Below, piece after piece: positions 9,258-17,637 of a stretch of DNA of 64,000 bases. The stretch comes from an uncultured Alphaproteobacteria bacterium. GTDB lineage: Bacteria; Pseudomonadota; Alphaproteobacteria; Rhizobiales; Xanthobacteraceae. The stretch is taken from the NCBI GenBank assembly GCA_963739825.1, contig CAVUBU010000003.1, positions 12,861-76,860 on the forward strand, given 5' to 3'. A program made the position numbers and the translations under genes. The notes beneath the pieces were generated by a model. It was not told where the DNA came from. It did not search any database and worked only from the letters and a program-made list of their open reading frames with translations. The first letter of the stretch is position 1, and every line of letters starts with the position of its first letter.

Positions 9258-10715
9258 TTAGACAGGTAACCTCACCGTTGCCCGCAATCCGCCGATTGGC
9301 GAGTCGCCGAGCGTGATGTCGCCGCCGTGCGAGCGTGCGATGTCGCGCGCAATGGCGAGCCCGAGGCCGGTACCGCCTTTGTCCTGATTGCGCGCGTCGT
9401 CGAGCCTGAGAAACGGCTTGAATACTTCCTCGCGCATGTCGGGCGGGATGCCCGGCCCGTCGTCGTCCACGGTAATGGTGAGCCAGCGGTGGTCGCGATG
9501 GCCGGTGATCGCGATCGAAGGCGCAAAGCGCGCCGCGTTCGACGTCAGATTGCCGAGGCAGCGCTTGAACGCCGCCGGCCGCACCGTGACGATCGGCGGC
9601 CCGTGGAACAGCACGCTCGCCTTGTGGCCGTTGCGTTCGGCGTCGTCCTTGAGCTCGTCGAGGAAGACCGCCATGTCGGTCGGCGCCGCCGCCTCGCTGA
9701 GATCGCCGCGCGCGAAGGCGAGATAGGCCTCCAGCATGCGCGCCATCTCGTCGACGTCCTTCTTCATCGCCTCGACTTCCGGCGTCTGCTTCTTGATGAG
9801 GGCGAGTTCCAGTTTGAATCGCGTGAGCACCGTGCGCAGGTCGTGCGAGACGCCGGCGAGCATGGCGGTGCGCTGCTCCATGGCGCGTTCGACGCGTGTC
9901 TTCATTTCGATAAAGGCCTGGGCTGCGCGCCGCACCTCGCGCGCGCCGCGCGGGCGGAAATTGGGCACCTCGCGGCCCTTGCCGAAGCTTTCGGCGGCGT
10001 CGGCCAGCCTTAAGATCGGCTTGATCTGGTTGCGCAGGAAGATGACGGCGACACCGATCAGCACCAGCGAGGTGCCGACCATCCAGAGCAGGAAGATGTC
10101 GGAATTCGACGCATAGGCAGCACTGCGCCGCGCAAACACCCGCATCACCGTGTTGTCGAGCTGGACGCGGATTTCCACCAGCGCCGATTTGCCGACGGTG
10201 TCGATCCAATAGGGCCGGCCGATCTGCTTGCGCAGTTCTTCGGACAAGGTGGAATCGAGCAGCGAGAAGAACGGCTTCGGCCCGGGCGGCGGCATGTCGC
10301 TAAGGGGCAGGAAATCGACCACCAGGCCGAGCCGTTCCTGCGCGATGCGGCGGATCTGCTGCCGTTCGGCATCCTGCGGATAGCCTTTGTATACGTCGAC
10401 CAGCGCGGCGATGTCGGACACCACGCCTGCCGACAGCCGCTGGGTGACGACGTTCCAGTGCCGCTCCATGAACACGAAGGCGACCACCGATTGCAGGATT
10501 ACCATCGGCAAAATGATGATAAGCAGCGCGCGCGCGTAGAGGCCTTTCGGCATCACGCTGTTGAGCCAGCGGGTGACCCGCCGCCAGCCGTCACGGATGC
10601 GGCCGAGCGCGCTGTGAATCTTGCGCACCGGCGGGATCGCGTCATACCACTCCCAGGCTTCGCGCAGCCGCGTGAGCGCGCTGCGTACCCCGTTGCTGAT
10701 GTCGAGCGTGGTCAT
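9258..10715 (-). CDS. EnvZ-like sensor histidine kinase (HAMP, HisKA, HATPase)
   Basis: Two TM segments, H-box AGVSHDLRT, N-box GNLTSNA, DDDGPGIP and GTGLGLAI. Confidence 0.95.
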   Translation of the reverse strand: MTTLDISNGVRSALTRLREAWEWYDAIPPVRKIHSALGRIRDGWRRVTRWLNSVMPKGLYARALLIIILPMVILQSVVAFVFMERHWNVVTQRLSAGVVSDIAALVDVYKGYPQDAERQQIRRIAQERLGLVVDFLPLSDMPPPGPKPFFSLLDSTLSEELRKQIGRPYWIDTVGKSALVEIRVQLDNTVMRVFARRSAAYASNSDIFLLWMVGTSLVLIGVAVIFLRNQIKPILRLADAAESFGKGREVPNFRPRGAREVRRAAQAFIEMKTRVERAMEQRTAMLAGVSHDLRTVLTRFKLELALIKKQTPEVEAMKKDVDEMARMLEAYLAFARGDLSEAAAPTDMAVFLDELKDDAERNGHKASVLFHGPPIVTVRPAAFKRCLGNLTSNAARFAPSIAITGHRDHRWLTITVDDDGPGIPPDMREEVFKPFLRLDDARNQDKGGTGLGLAIARDIARSHGGDITLGDSPIGGLRATVRLPV

Positions 10716-11434
10716 GTGGTGATCACCAGCCGGTAGCCGACGCCGCGCACCGTCTGCACGAAAAGCGGATTGGCCGGATCGCGTTCGATCTTGCGGCGCA
10801 GCCGGTTGACCTGCACGTCGACGGCGCGCTCGGAAACCGCGCCGCCATTGCCGGCGAGCGCCAGGCGCGGCACCGTCTCGCCCGCCGTCTGGCTAAGGAT
10901 GCGCAGCATCTCGCGCTCGCGGTCGGTCAGCCGGATGATGTCCTCGCCTTTGCGCAATTCGCCGCGCGCCAGATGATAGACGAACGGCCCGAAGCGCACC
11001 GACTCCGCCGGCGGTGCGGCGGCGGGCTTGGCGCGTTTGAGAATGCTGGCAATGCGCAGCGACAATTCGCGCGGCTCAAACGGCTTCGACAGATAGTCGT
11101 CGGCGCCCATCTCCAAGCCCTTGATGCGGCTCTCGGCGGCGTCGCGCGCGGTCAGCATCAGGATTGGCACACTCGAGGTGCCGCGCAGCGCCTTGGCGAA
11201 ATCGAAGCCGGACTCGCCCGGCATCATCACGTCGAGAATGAGCAGATCGAAACTGAGGCTGGTGAGCTTGTTGCGCGCGTCCGCCGCGGTCTCCGCCGTG
11301 GTGACGCGGTAGCCCTCGCCGGCGAGGAAGCGCGACAGCAGGTCGCGGATGCGGCGGTCGTCATCGACCACCAGCAAATGCGGCGCATCGTCGGACATCG
11401 CGGCGGGCAGCACCATCAGCTCCTCACTTGCCAC
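10712..11434 (-). CDS. OmpR family response regulator (PetR-like)
   Basis: LLVVDDD, LDVMMPGESG, DDYLSKPF, DVQVNRLRRKIE, TVRGVGY. Confidence 0.95.
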   Translation of the reverse strand: MASEELMVLPAAMSDDAPHLLVVDDDRRIRDLLSRFLAGEGYRVTTAETAADARNKLTSLSFDLLILDVMMPGESGFDFAKALRGTSSVPILMLTARDAAESRIKGLEMGADDYLSKPFEPRELSLRIASILKRAKPAAAPPAESVRFGPFVYHLARGELRKGEDIIRLTDREREMLRILSQTAGETVPRLALAGNGGAVSERAVDVQVNRLRRKIERDPANPLFVQTVRGVGYRLVITT

Positions 11435-11435
11435 T

Positions 11436-11999
11436 TCAACCCCGTGCCTTGGCGCGTTCGGCGCGCGCGATCAGGCGCAGCACGCCGTCGCGATTGTCGG
11501 CGTCGATCATGGCGGTGAGAAAACGCCGCGCCGCCTCGTGCGCGCCCGGACCGAGCTCGGCGAAAGCGCGGGTGATGCGTTGCGTCTGCAGGCCGGCGAG
11601 CTTGAGCGCCAGCGCCTCGCCCTTCGGTGTCACATAGAGCAGCCGTTGCCGGCGGTCCTGCGCGCCTTCCTTCTGCACCACATAGCCCTGGTCGACCAGT
11701 TGCTTGAGCACGCGGCCGAGCGACTGCTTGGTGATGTTGAGGATCTCCAACAGGTCGGCGACCTTCATGCCGGGATTGCGGTTGACGAAATGCAGCACGC
11801 GGTGATGGGCGCGGCCGAAACCGAGCTTCGAGAGCACCTCGTCGGGGTCGCCGACGAAATCCCGGTAGGCGAAAAACAACAGCTCGATGATGTCCCAGAT
11901 CGGCTCGGCCGGCGTCGCCGGCGCGGCGCTTGTGCCGGGGCGTTCGGCCAGGCCACCGGCCGCCGCGGCAAACTTTGCATTCGCATTTATGTCAGCCAT
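11436..11999 (-). CDS. MarR family transcriptional regulator (PetP-like)
   Basis: LLFFAYRDF, FGRAHHRVLHFV, ITKQSLGRVLKQL, DRRQRLL; start taken at MADIN (could be further downstream). Confidence 0.9.
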   Translation of the reverse strand: MADINANAKFAAAAGGLAERPGTSAAPATPAEPIWDIIELLFFAYRDFVGDPDEVLSKLGFGRAHHRVLHFVNRNPGMKVADLLEILNITKQSLGRVLKQLVDQGYVVQKEGAQDRRQRLLYVTPKGEALALKLAGLQTQRITRAFAELGPGAHEAARRFLTAMIDADNRDGVLRLIARAERAKARG

Positions 12000-12207
12000 G
12001 TTGACATATTTTGTTTTTATGTTACAAAAACACCGCCGCAGACGAAAGGATCGTACCGAAACGGCCATTTTTTCCGGCCACGCACCGTTCGGATGCCGAT
12101 AGGACCGCTCCGGACCCATTCATACCGGGTGTTGCCGCCTGACGCAAAGCATTGGAATAAGCGCGAAAATGCGCCATGAGAACGGCAAAAGAGTTTAGGA
12201 GGAAGCG

Positions 12208-13101
12208 ATGGCGGCGCAGTCCTATGACCGGCTCGATGGGGTCATCTGGTACGACGGCAAGCTGGTGCCCTGGCAGGACGCCAACCTGCATGTGCTGAGC
12301 CACGGCCTGCACTATGCGAGCGCTGTGTTCGAGGGCGAGCGCGCCTATGGCGGGGCAATCTTCAAATCGACCGAACATTCCGAGCGGCTGAAGCGGTCGG
12401 CCAAGATACTCGATTTCGACATTCCCTATTCGGTCGCCGAGATCGACGCCGCCAAGAAGCTGGTGGTCGAGAAGAACGGCAAGAAGGAAGCCTATGTGCG
12501 CCCGATCGCCTGGCGCGGCTCGGAGATGATGGGCGTCTCGGCGCAGAACAACACCATCCATCTGGCGATCGCGAGCTGGGAATGGCCGAGCTATTTCGAC
12601 CCCGAGCAGCGGCTAAAGGGTATTCGGCTCGACCTCGCCGATTATCGCCGGCCCGATCCGAAGACCGCGCCCTGCCGCGCCAAGGCCGCCGGCCTTTACA
12701 TGATCTGCACCATCTCCAAGCACGCCGCCGAGCGCAAAGGCTATGCCGACGCCATGATGCTGGACTGGGAAGGCCGCGTCGCCGAATGCACCGGCGCCAA
12801 TATTTTCTTCGTCAAGGACGGCAAGCTTCATACCCCACTCGCCGACTGCTTCCTCGACGGCCTTACCCGACAGACCGTAATCGCGCTCGCGAAGAAGCGT
12901 GGCTTCGAGGTGATCGAGCGCCGCATCCTGCCCGACGAACTCACACAATTTTCCGAATGCTTCATCACCGGTTCGGCGGCGGAAGTCACCGCGGTGGCCG
13001 AGATCGCCAATTGGAATTTCAATCCGGGCGGCATCACCAAGCAATTGATGGACGACTATACCGCCGAGGTGAAGCCAAAGGGCAAAGCCGCCGCGGCGTG
13101 A
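12208..13101 (+). CDS. ilvE: Branched-chain amino acid aminotransferase
   Basis: HGLHYASAVFEG, AKAAGLY (PLP Lys), ECTGANIFF, TGSAAEV; AGGAGG RBS. Confidence 0.95.
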   Translation: MAAQSYDRLDGVIWYDGKLVPWQDANLHVLSHGLHYASAVFEGERAYGGAIFKSTEHSERLKRSAKILDFDIPYSVAEIDAAKKLVVEKNGKKEAYVRPIAWRGSEMMGVSAQNNTIHLAIASWEWPSYFDPEQRLKGIRLDLADYRRPDPKTAPCRAKAAGLYMICTISKHAAERKGYADAMMLDWEGRVAECTGANIFFVKDGKLHTPLADCFLDGLTRQTVIALAKKRGFEVIERRILPDELTQFSECFITGSAAEVTAVAEIANWNFNPGGITKQLMDDYTAEVKPKGKAAAA

Positions 13102-13133
13102 ACTGCTAACCGCCGCGCGCGCACCTTTCCGTT

Positions 13134-13244
13134 GTCATTGCCGGGCCTGACCCGGCAATCCATGATGAAGCGCAGCCACAACGAAACGTAAGGTCTTGGC
13201 ACCCGCAACGCATCATGGATGCGCGGGTCAAGCCCGCGCATGAC
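13134..13244. repeat. REP-like palindrome pair (GTCATTGCCGGG..CCCGGCAATCC family)
   Basis: gtcattgccgggcctgacccggcaatccatgatg ... catcatggatgcgcgggtcaagcccgcgcatgac, between convergent genes. Confidence 0.85.
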
Positions 13245-13267
13245 GACCGCTAATTGACGCAGCGAAA

Positions 13268-14038
13268 TTACGCCACCTTCGCCGGCTCCTCCGGCCGCAG
13301 CAGCGTGACGTAGTGCACGCGATTGGCGCCAAGAAACCGCTGCATGCTTTCGTCGAGCACGCGGCCGCGGCTGAGCGAGGCGTGCCGCAGCACCAAGTCG
13401 CCATCGTCGTCAAAGGCTACAAAACCGACGTGGAAATAATCAAGATTCAGCCGCCGCGTGATAAAGCCGACGATATCGCCAGCCGCGAGCATAGCCTGGT
13501 TGGCAAGGAACGTGTCGCGCGGGATCACGCTCATGGTGAAGCGCCGGCGGCCGAGTGCGCGATGCCAATAGACCGTCTTGTGCAGTTCGATCGCGCCGTC
13601 CATGGCGATCCAGCGACAGATTTTGTTCTCGACGTTGTGCTGGCCCCACTCGAAGAAATAATGATTACGCTCGAACCAGTTGACGATGCCGTGGCGATAG
13701 CGGATTTCGCGCAATACATCCTCGAATTCGGCAAGATCGCGGGAAAGCGCTGCGGCCAGTACGGTTTCGCAGTAGGTGACGCAATCGAAGGCGTCGTCGC
13801 GCAGCACGAATTTTTCCGGCCGGTGCGGGCCGCCGATCAGGGTAAAGCCCCGATAGCGCGTGCCGCGCAGCGCGGCCGAAATGAAAGCGACACGCTGGGC
13901 GACGCTCGGCAGGTCTTTGGCTTGTTCGATCAGGCGGCCGATGCGCACCTCGCCGGCTTCGCTCGGTGTCGCCGCCAATACGGCGCCGCCGGCGAGAAAC
14001 AGCAGGAAATCCCGGCGGCTGCTGGGCCCATCGCGCAT
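13268..14038 (-). CDS. DUF1460 / N-acetylmuramoyl-L-alanine amidase-like protein with Tat signal
   Basis: SRRDFLLF twin-arginine signal; AFDCVTYCETVLA; YFHVGF and LRHAS motifs. Confidence 0.8.
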   Translation of the reverse strand: MRDGPSSRRDFLLFLAGGAVLAATPSEAGEVRIGRLIEQAKDLPSVAQRVAFISAALRGTRYRGFTLIGGPHRPEKFVLRDDAFDCVTYCETVLAAALSRDLAEFEDVLREIRYRHGIVNWFERNHYFFEWGQHNVENKICRWIAMDGAIELHKTVYWHRALGRRRFTMSVIPRDTFLANQAMLAAGDIVGFITRRLNLDYFHVGFVAFDDDGDLVLRHASLSRGRVLDESMQRFLGANRVHYVTLLRPEEPAKVA

Positions 14039-14047
14039 GAGATCAAC

Positions 14048-15001
14048 TCATTCCTTCACCACTACCAGCCGGTCGGTGCCCGATTCCGCACCCCATACTT
14101 CGCCCGGCCGGCCGAGTAGCTGGCGCACCGAAGCGCCGCGCTTGTTGCTCGGGAAGCTCTCGAATGTCTCGGTCACCGGGTCGAAGCGCACAATGGCATT
14201 GGCGAGGAAATCGCTCAGCCAGATCTTGTCCTTGTCGTCGACATAGACCGCGTAGCAGCCGGCCCCGCTCTTGGGCAGCGCCCACACCTTCCAGGTCTTG
14301 GCGGTCGGATCGAAGCGGGCAACCTCGCCGGTGTGCCAGAAGCTCACCCACAGCAGGCCCTTGGAGTCCGACCAGATGCGGCGCGGGCCGACGCCGGGCT
14401 TGGGCGGCAGCACCATCAGCGCGTCGCCGCTCACGGTGTCGATCTTGGCGATGTGATCGCCGGCGAGCGAGGCGTACCAGATTTCGCCACTCGGCGTCGT
14501 GGTGATGCCGTAGGGGCCGGCGCCCTTCGGCGCCTTCCAGGCCTCGACCTTGCCGTTGGCCGGATCGACGCGGCCATAGACACCGCTCTGGCCGGTGAAC
14601 CAAAGGATGCCCTTGCGGTCGAAGGTGGCGGTGTTGAGATTGGCGCCGGGGAAATTCTCCGGCAGCGGGAACAGCTTCACCGTCTTGTTGGCCGGGTCGA
14701 CGCGCGCGATCGCGTTCTGGCCGCCCTCGGTGACCCAGGCGGCGCGGTCGGGCCCGACGATCACGCCATGCGGCGCGGCGCCCCGCCCGAGCGGAATTTG
14801 CTTCGCCTTGCCGGTCTTCGGATCGAGGATGCCGAGCGCGCCTTGGCTTTGCGCGGTGTACCAGACCGTACCGTCCGGTGCCGGTGCCACGTCATGCGGA
14901 TGCGCGCCGCGCGGCACGTCGTAATACTTAACGTCGGCCGCCGCCGCCGGTTTGCCGGCAAGCGCCAGCACCGCCACCGCCGCGAGAACGATCGGAACCA
15001 T
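14048..15001 (-). CDS. Vgb (virginiamycin B lyase-like) beta-propeller, secreted
   Basis: Signal peptide, HPHDVAPAPDGTVWY, repeated WxT/WxS blades, WGAESGTDRL; AAGGGAG RBS before ATG 15001. Confidence 0.85.
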   Translation of the reverse strand: MVPIVLAAVAVLALAGKPAAAADVKYYDVPRGAHPHDVAPAPDGTVWYTAQSQGALGILDPKTGKAKQIPLGRGAAPHGVIVGPDRAAWVTEGGQNAIARVDPANKTVKLFPLPENFPGANLNTATFDRKGILWFTGQSGVYGRVDPANGKVEAWKAPKGAGPYGITTTPSGEIWYASLAGDHIAKIDTVSGDALMVLPPKPGVGPRRIWSDSKGLLWVSFWHTGEVARFDPTAKTWKVWALPKSGAGCYAVYVDDKDKIWLSDFLANAIVRFDPVTETFESFPSNKRGASVRQLLGRPGEVWGAESGTDRLVVVKE

Positions 15002-15027
15002 ATTTGCTCCCTTGACCACAATCATTC

Positions 15028-15510
15028 TCATTCTGCCGCCTGCCGGCCGTCGCTCCAGCGTCCGGCCGCGGCATCGTCGGATTGCTTGGCCTCGACCCAG
15101 GTTTTCGAACCGGCCTTTTCGACCTGCTTCCAGAACGGCGCGCGGGTCTTCAGATAATCCATCAGAAAATCGGCGGCCGCGAAGGCTGCTTCGCGATGCG
15201 AGGACGCCGTCACTACCAGCACGATGTCCTCGCCCGCCTCGATGCGTCCGTAGCGGTGGATGACGGTCACGCCGAGGAGCGGCCAGCGCTTAAGCGCCTC
15301 CGCCACATGGCGTTCGATCTCGGCCTCCGCCATGCCGGGATAATGCTCGAGCGTAAGCGCTGCGATCGGCTCGCCCGCCTCGGCGCCGCGGCAGATGCCG
15401 GTGAAGCTGACCAGCGCGCCAATATCGCTGCGCCCGCGCGTCAGCAAGGCTGCTTCCGCGGCGGCGTCGAACGGTTCACGCTGCAGGCGTACGGTCGATG
15501 GTGCGGTCAT
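15028..15510 (-). CDS. moaE: Molybdopterin synthase catalytic subunit
   Basis: LEHYPGMAE, HRYGRI, SSHREAAF, MDYLKTRAPFWK. Confidence 0.97.
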   Translation of the reverse strand: MTAPSTVRLQREPFDAAAEAALLTRGRSDIGALVSFTGICRGAEAGEPIAALTLEHYPGMAEAEIERHVAEALKRWPLLGVTVIHRYGRIEAGEDIVLVVTASSHREAAFAAADFLMDYLKTRAPFWKQVEKAGSKTWVEAKQSDDAAAGRWSDGRQAAE

Positions 15511-15542
15511 GGGGGTAATCTAGCGCGCCGGCGCCCGCGAGG

Positions 15543-15794
15543 CTATCCGCCGGTCATCGGCGGAAAAAAGGCGATTTCACCGGCCCCTTTGATCGGCGCA
15601 TCCGCTTTCACATGGGCGCGGTCGATGGCGGTGCGGATCACTTTCGGGTTGCCGAAAGCATGGGCATATTCCTCGCCACGCGAGGATAGCCACGCCATCA
15701 GCTCGGCCACCGTCACGACGTCGGCGGGAACCTCGATGTCTTCCTCAGGGATTCCGACCCGCTCGCGCACCCAGGCGAAATAACGCAGTTTCAC
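15543..15794 (-). CDS. moaD: Molybdopterin synthase sulfur carrier subunit
   Basis: YFAWVRERVG N-terminus; C-terminal FFPPMTGG. Confidence 0.97.
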   Translation of the reverse strand: MKLRYFAWVRERVGIPEEDIEVPADVVTVAELMAWLSSRGEEYAHAFGNPKVIRTAIDRAHVKADAPIKGAGEIAFFPPMTGG

Positions 15795-15803
15795 GATTGC
15801 ACT

Positions 15804-15893
15804 CCGTTCATTCCCGCGTAAGCGGGAATCCAGTTCCTAATCTTGGATTCAACAAATCCCGCTCTGGATCCCCGCTTTTGCGGGGACAAACGG
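15804..15893. repeat. REP-like palindrome pair between pgsA and moaD
   Basis: ccgttcattcccgcgtaagcgggaatccag ... ctggatccccgcttttgcggggacaaacgg. Confidence 0.85.
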
Positions 15894-15903
15894 ACCGTTG
15901 GGT

Positions 15904-16509
15904 TCAATCGATCATATAGCGCAGGCCGGCGCGCATATAGTCCCAACCGGTATAGAGCGTGATCAGCGCCGACAGCCAGAGCAGTGCGATGCCGATCTCG
16001 ACGGTCTGCGGCAGCACCTTCTCGCCGGCCTCGCCGGCGATCAGGAATCCAACTGCTACCATCTGGCCGAGCGTCTTCCACTTCGCCAGTTTGGTCACCG
16101 GCACGCCGACGCGCAGTTCGGCGAGATATTCGCGCAAGCCGGAGACCAGGATTTCGCGGCACAGGATGATGACCGCGGCAAACAGCGTCCAGCCGCGGAT
16201 GGTTTCCTCCGCCGCCAGCATCAGCAGGCAGGAGGCGACCAAGAGCTTGTCGGCGATCGGATCGAGCATGCGGCCGAGCGAGGACTGCTGGCTCCACATG
16301 CGCGCGAGATAGCCGTCGAGAATGTCGGTCAGGCCGGCGGCGATGAAGATCGCCAGCGCCAGCCAGCGCAGCCACAACCCGCCGCCCTCAATGCTCTGCC
16401 AATACATCAGCCCCACCACCACCGGCACGGCGGCGATGCGGCCATAGGTCAATAGGTTCGGCAGCGCGAGCGGATGCGCCGGTAACGGTCGGGAACTGAG
16501 GGCGTTCAT
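15904..16509 (-). CDS. pgsA: CDP-diacylglycerol--glycerol-3-phosphate 3-phosphatidyltransferase
   Basis: PNLLTYGRI, TDILDGYLAR..SSLGRMLDPIADK, REILVSGLREY. Confidence 0.97.
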   Translation of the reverse strand: MNALSSRPLPAHPLALPNLLTYGRIAAVPVVVGLMYWQSIEGGGLWLRWLALAIFIAAGLTDILDGYLARMWSQQSSLGRMLDPIADKLLVASCLLMLAAEETIRGWTLFAAVIILCREILVSGLREYLAELRVGVPVTKLAKWKTLGQMVAVGFLIAGEAGEKVLPQTVEIGIALLWLSALITLYTGWDYMRAGLRYMID

Positions 16510-16558
16510 CGGGGCACAAGGAACACCCGGACCGTTGCGAGGTCAACTGAGACGTTCC

Positions 16559-16659
16559 GTCATTCCGGGGCGCGACGAAGGCGCGAACCCGGAATCCGGA
16601 TGCGGGCTCAACACTTCCTTCTGGATTCGGGATCGCCGCTTCGCGGCGTCCGGAATAAC
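16559..16659. repeat. REP-like palindrome pair (GTCATTCCGGGG..CCCGGAATCC family)
   Basis: gtcattccggggcgcgacgaaggcgcgaacccggaatcc ... ctggattcgggatcgccgcttcgcggcgtccggaataac. Confidence 0.85.
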
Positions 16660-16671
16660 AAAAGCTGTGGA

Positions 16672-17562
16672 CTACCGGATGGGCGGCTTCGGCAGCCGGC
16701 TTTTGCCCGGCTCCATGACGAAAGTCTGATCGAGCGAATACCATTCGCCGGTCACGTCGGCTGCCGGTGCGCCGCCCTCGTGGCGGACGTAATCGCCCAC
16801 CAGCGCGCGGGTGACGCCGAACTGCACGTCGGTCTCCAGTTTGTCGTCGTCATTGACGTAAATCTGCGAGATCAGCGTCTTGAAACCGGGCTTGAAGATG
16901 AGGAAATGCAGATGGGCGGGGCGATAATGATGCCGCCCGGTGGCACGCACCAGGTCGCCGACCGGGCCGTCGATCGGAATCGGATAGCCAGCCGGCTTCA
17001 CGCTGCGGAAGCCGAAATGGCCTTTCGCGTCGGTCATAAACTTGCCGCGCAGGTTCATGTCGGCCTGTTTGGGGTCCTGCTGCTCGTAGAAGCCTTCCGG
17101 CGAGGAATGCCAAACGTCCACTTCGGCACCTTCGATCGGTTTGCCGTCGCGGTCGGTGAGCGTGCAATTGACGAACAACACCGGCCCCGGCGTGGCTGAG
17201 CGCACGATCGAGCCGCCGTTTTCCGTGCGCGGCGAGTTCAGGCGCCAAAACGGCCCCAGCAGATTGGCGGTGGTTTCGGTCTGCCCGTTATTGCCGTTGT
17301 TGAGAAGGCAGATCAGCGTGGAGAATCCGAGCGAGCCGGACATCAGCACGGCTTCATTATGGGTGTCGGTGGTCTTCTGCCCGAGCGCGACGACATAGCG
17401 CACCGCCTGCTCGAATTCCTCCTCGGTCAAATGCACATCGCGCGCAAAGGCATGCAGATGCCTGACCATGGCGGTGAGGATTTCGCGCACGCGTGGGTCG
17501 GCCGTGTTCTTGAACGCGTCCACCACCACGTCGGTGACGTCTTCTTGCCGTTTGATGAGCAT
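16672..17562 (-). CDS. Intradiol ring-cleavage dioxygenase (catechol/hydroxyquinol 1,2-dioxygenase family)
   Basis: LLGPFWR, DVWH, Fe ligands in FYEQQD, YPIP and RPAHLHF. Confidence 0.92.
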   Translation of the reverse strand: MLIKRQEDVTDVVVDAFKNTADPRVREILTAMVRHLHAFARDVHLTEEEFEQAVRYVVALGQKTTDTHNEAVLMSGSLGFSTLICLLNNGNNGQTETTANLLGPFWRLNSPRTENGGSIVRSATPGPVLFVNCTLTDRDGKPIEGAEVDVWHSSPEGFYEQQDPKQADMNLRGKFMTDAKGHFGFRSVKPAGYPIPIDGPVGDLVRATGRHHYRPAHLHFLIFKPGFKTLISQIYVNDDDKLETDVQFGVTRALVGDYVRHEGGAPAADVTGEWYSLDQTFVMEPGKSRLPKPPIR

Positions 17563-17590
17563 GGTTATTGTCCGCCGCTTTCTTTTTCGC

Positions 17591-17637
17591 GCGTGATCTT
17601 ATCCGAAAACCGGCACCCATTTTTCGGGATCACACGC
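17591..17637. repeat. Short palindromic repeat, copy 2 (overlaps the uvrC stop codon)
   Basis: gcgtgatcttatccgaaaaccggcacccatttttcgggatcacacgc, near-identical to 1472-1518. Confidence 0.85.

Noticed and set aside
14048-15001. Acquired streptogramin B resistance gene
   Set aside because: Vgb-fold homologues are common chromosomal genes. This one has a signal peptide and no mobile context, so resistance is unsupported.
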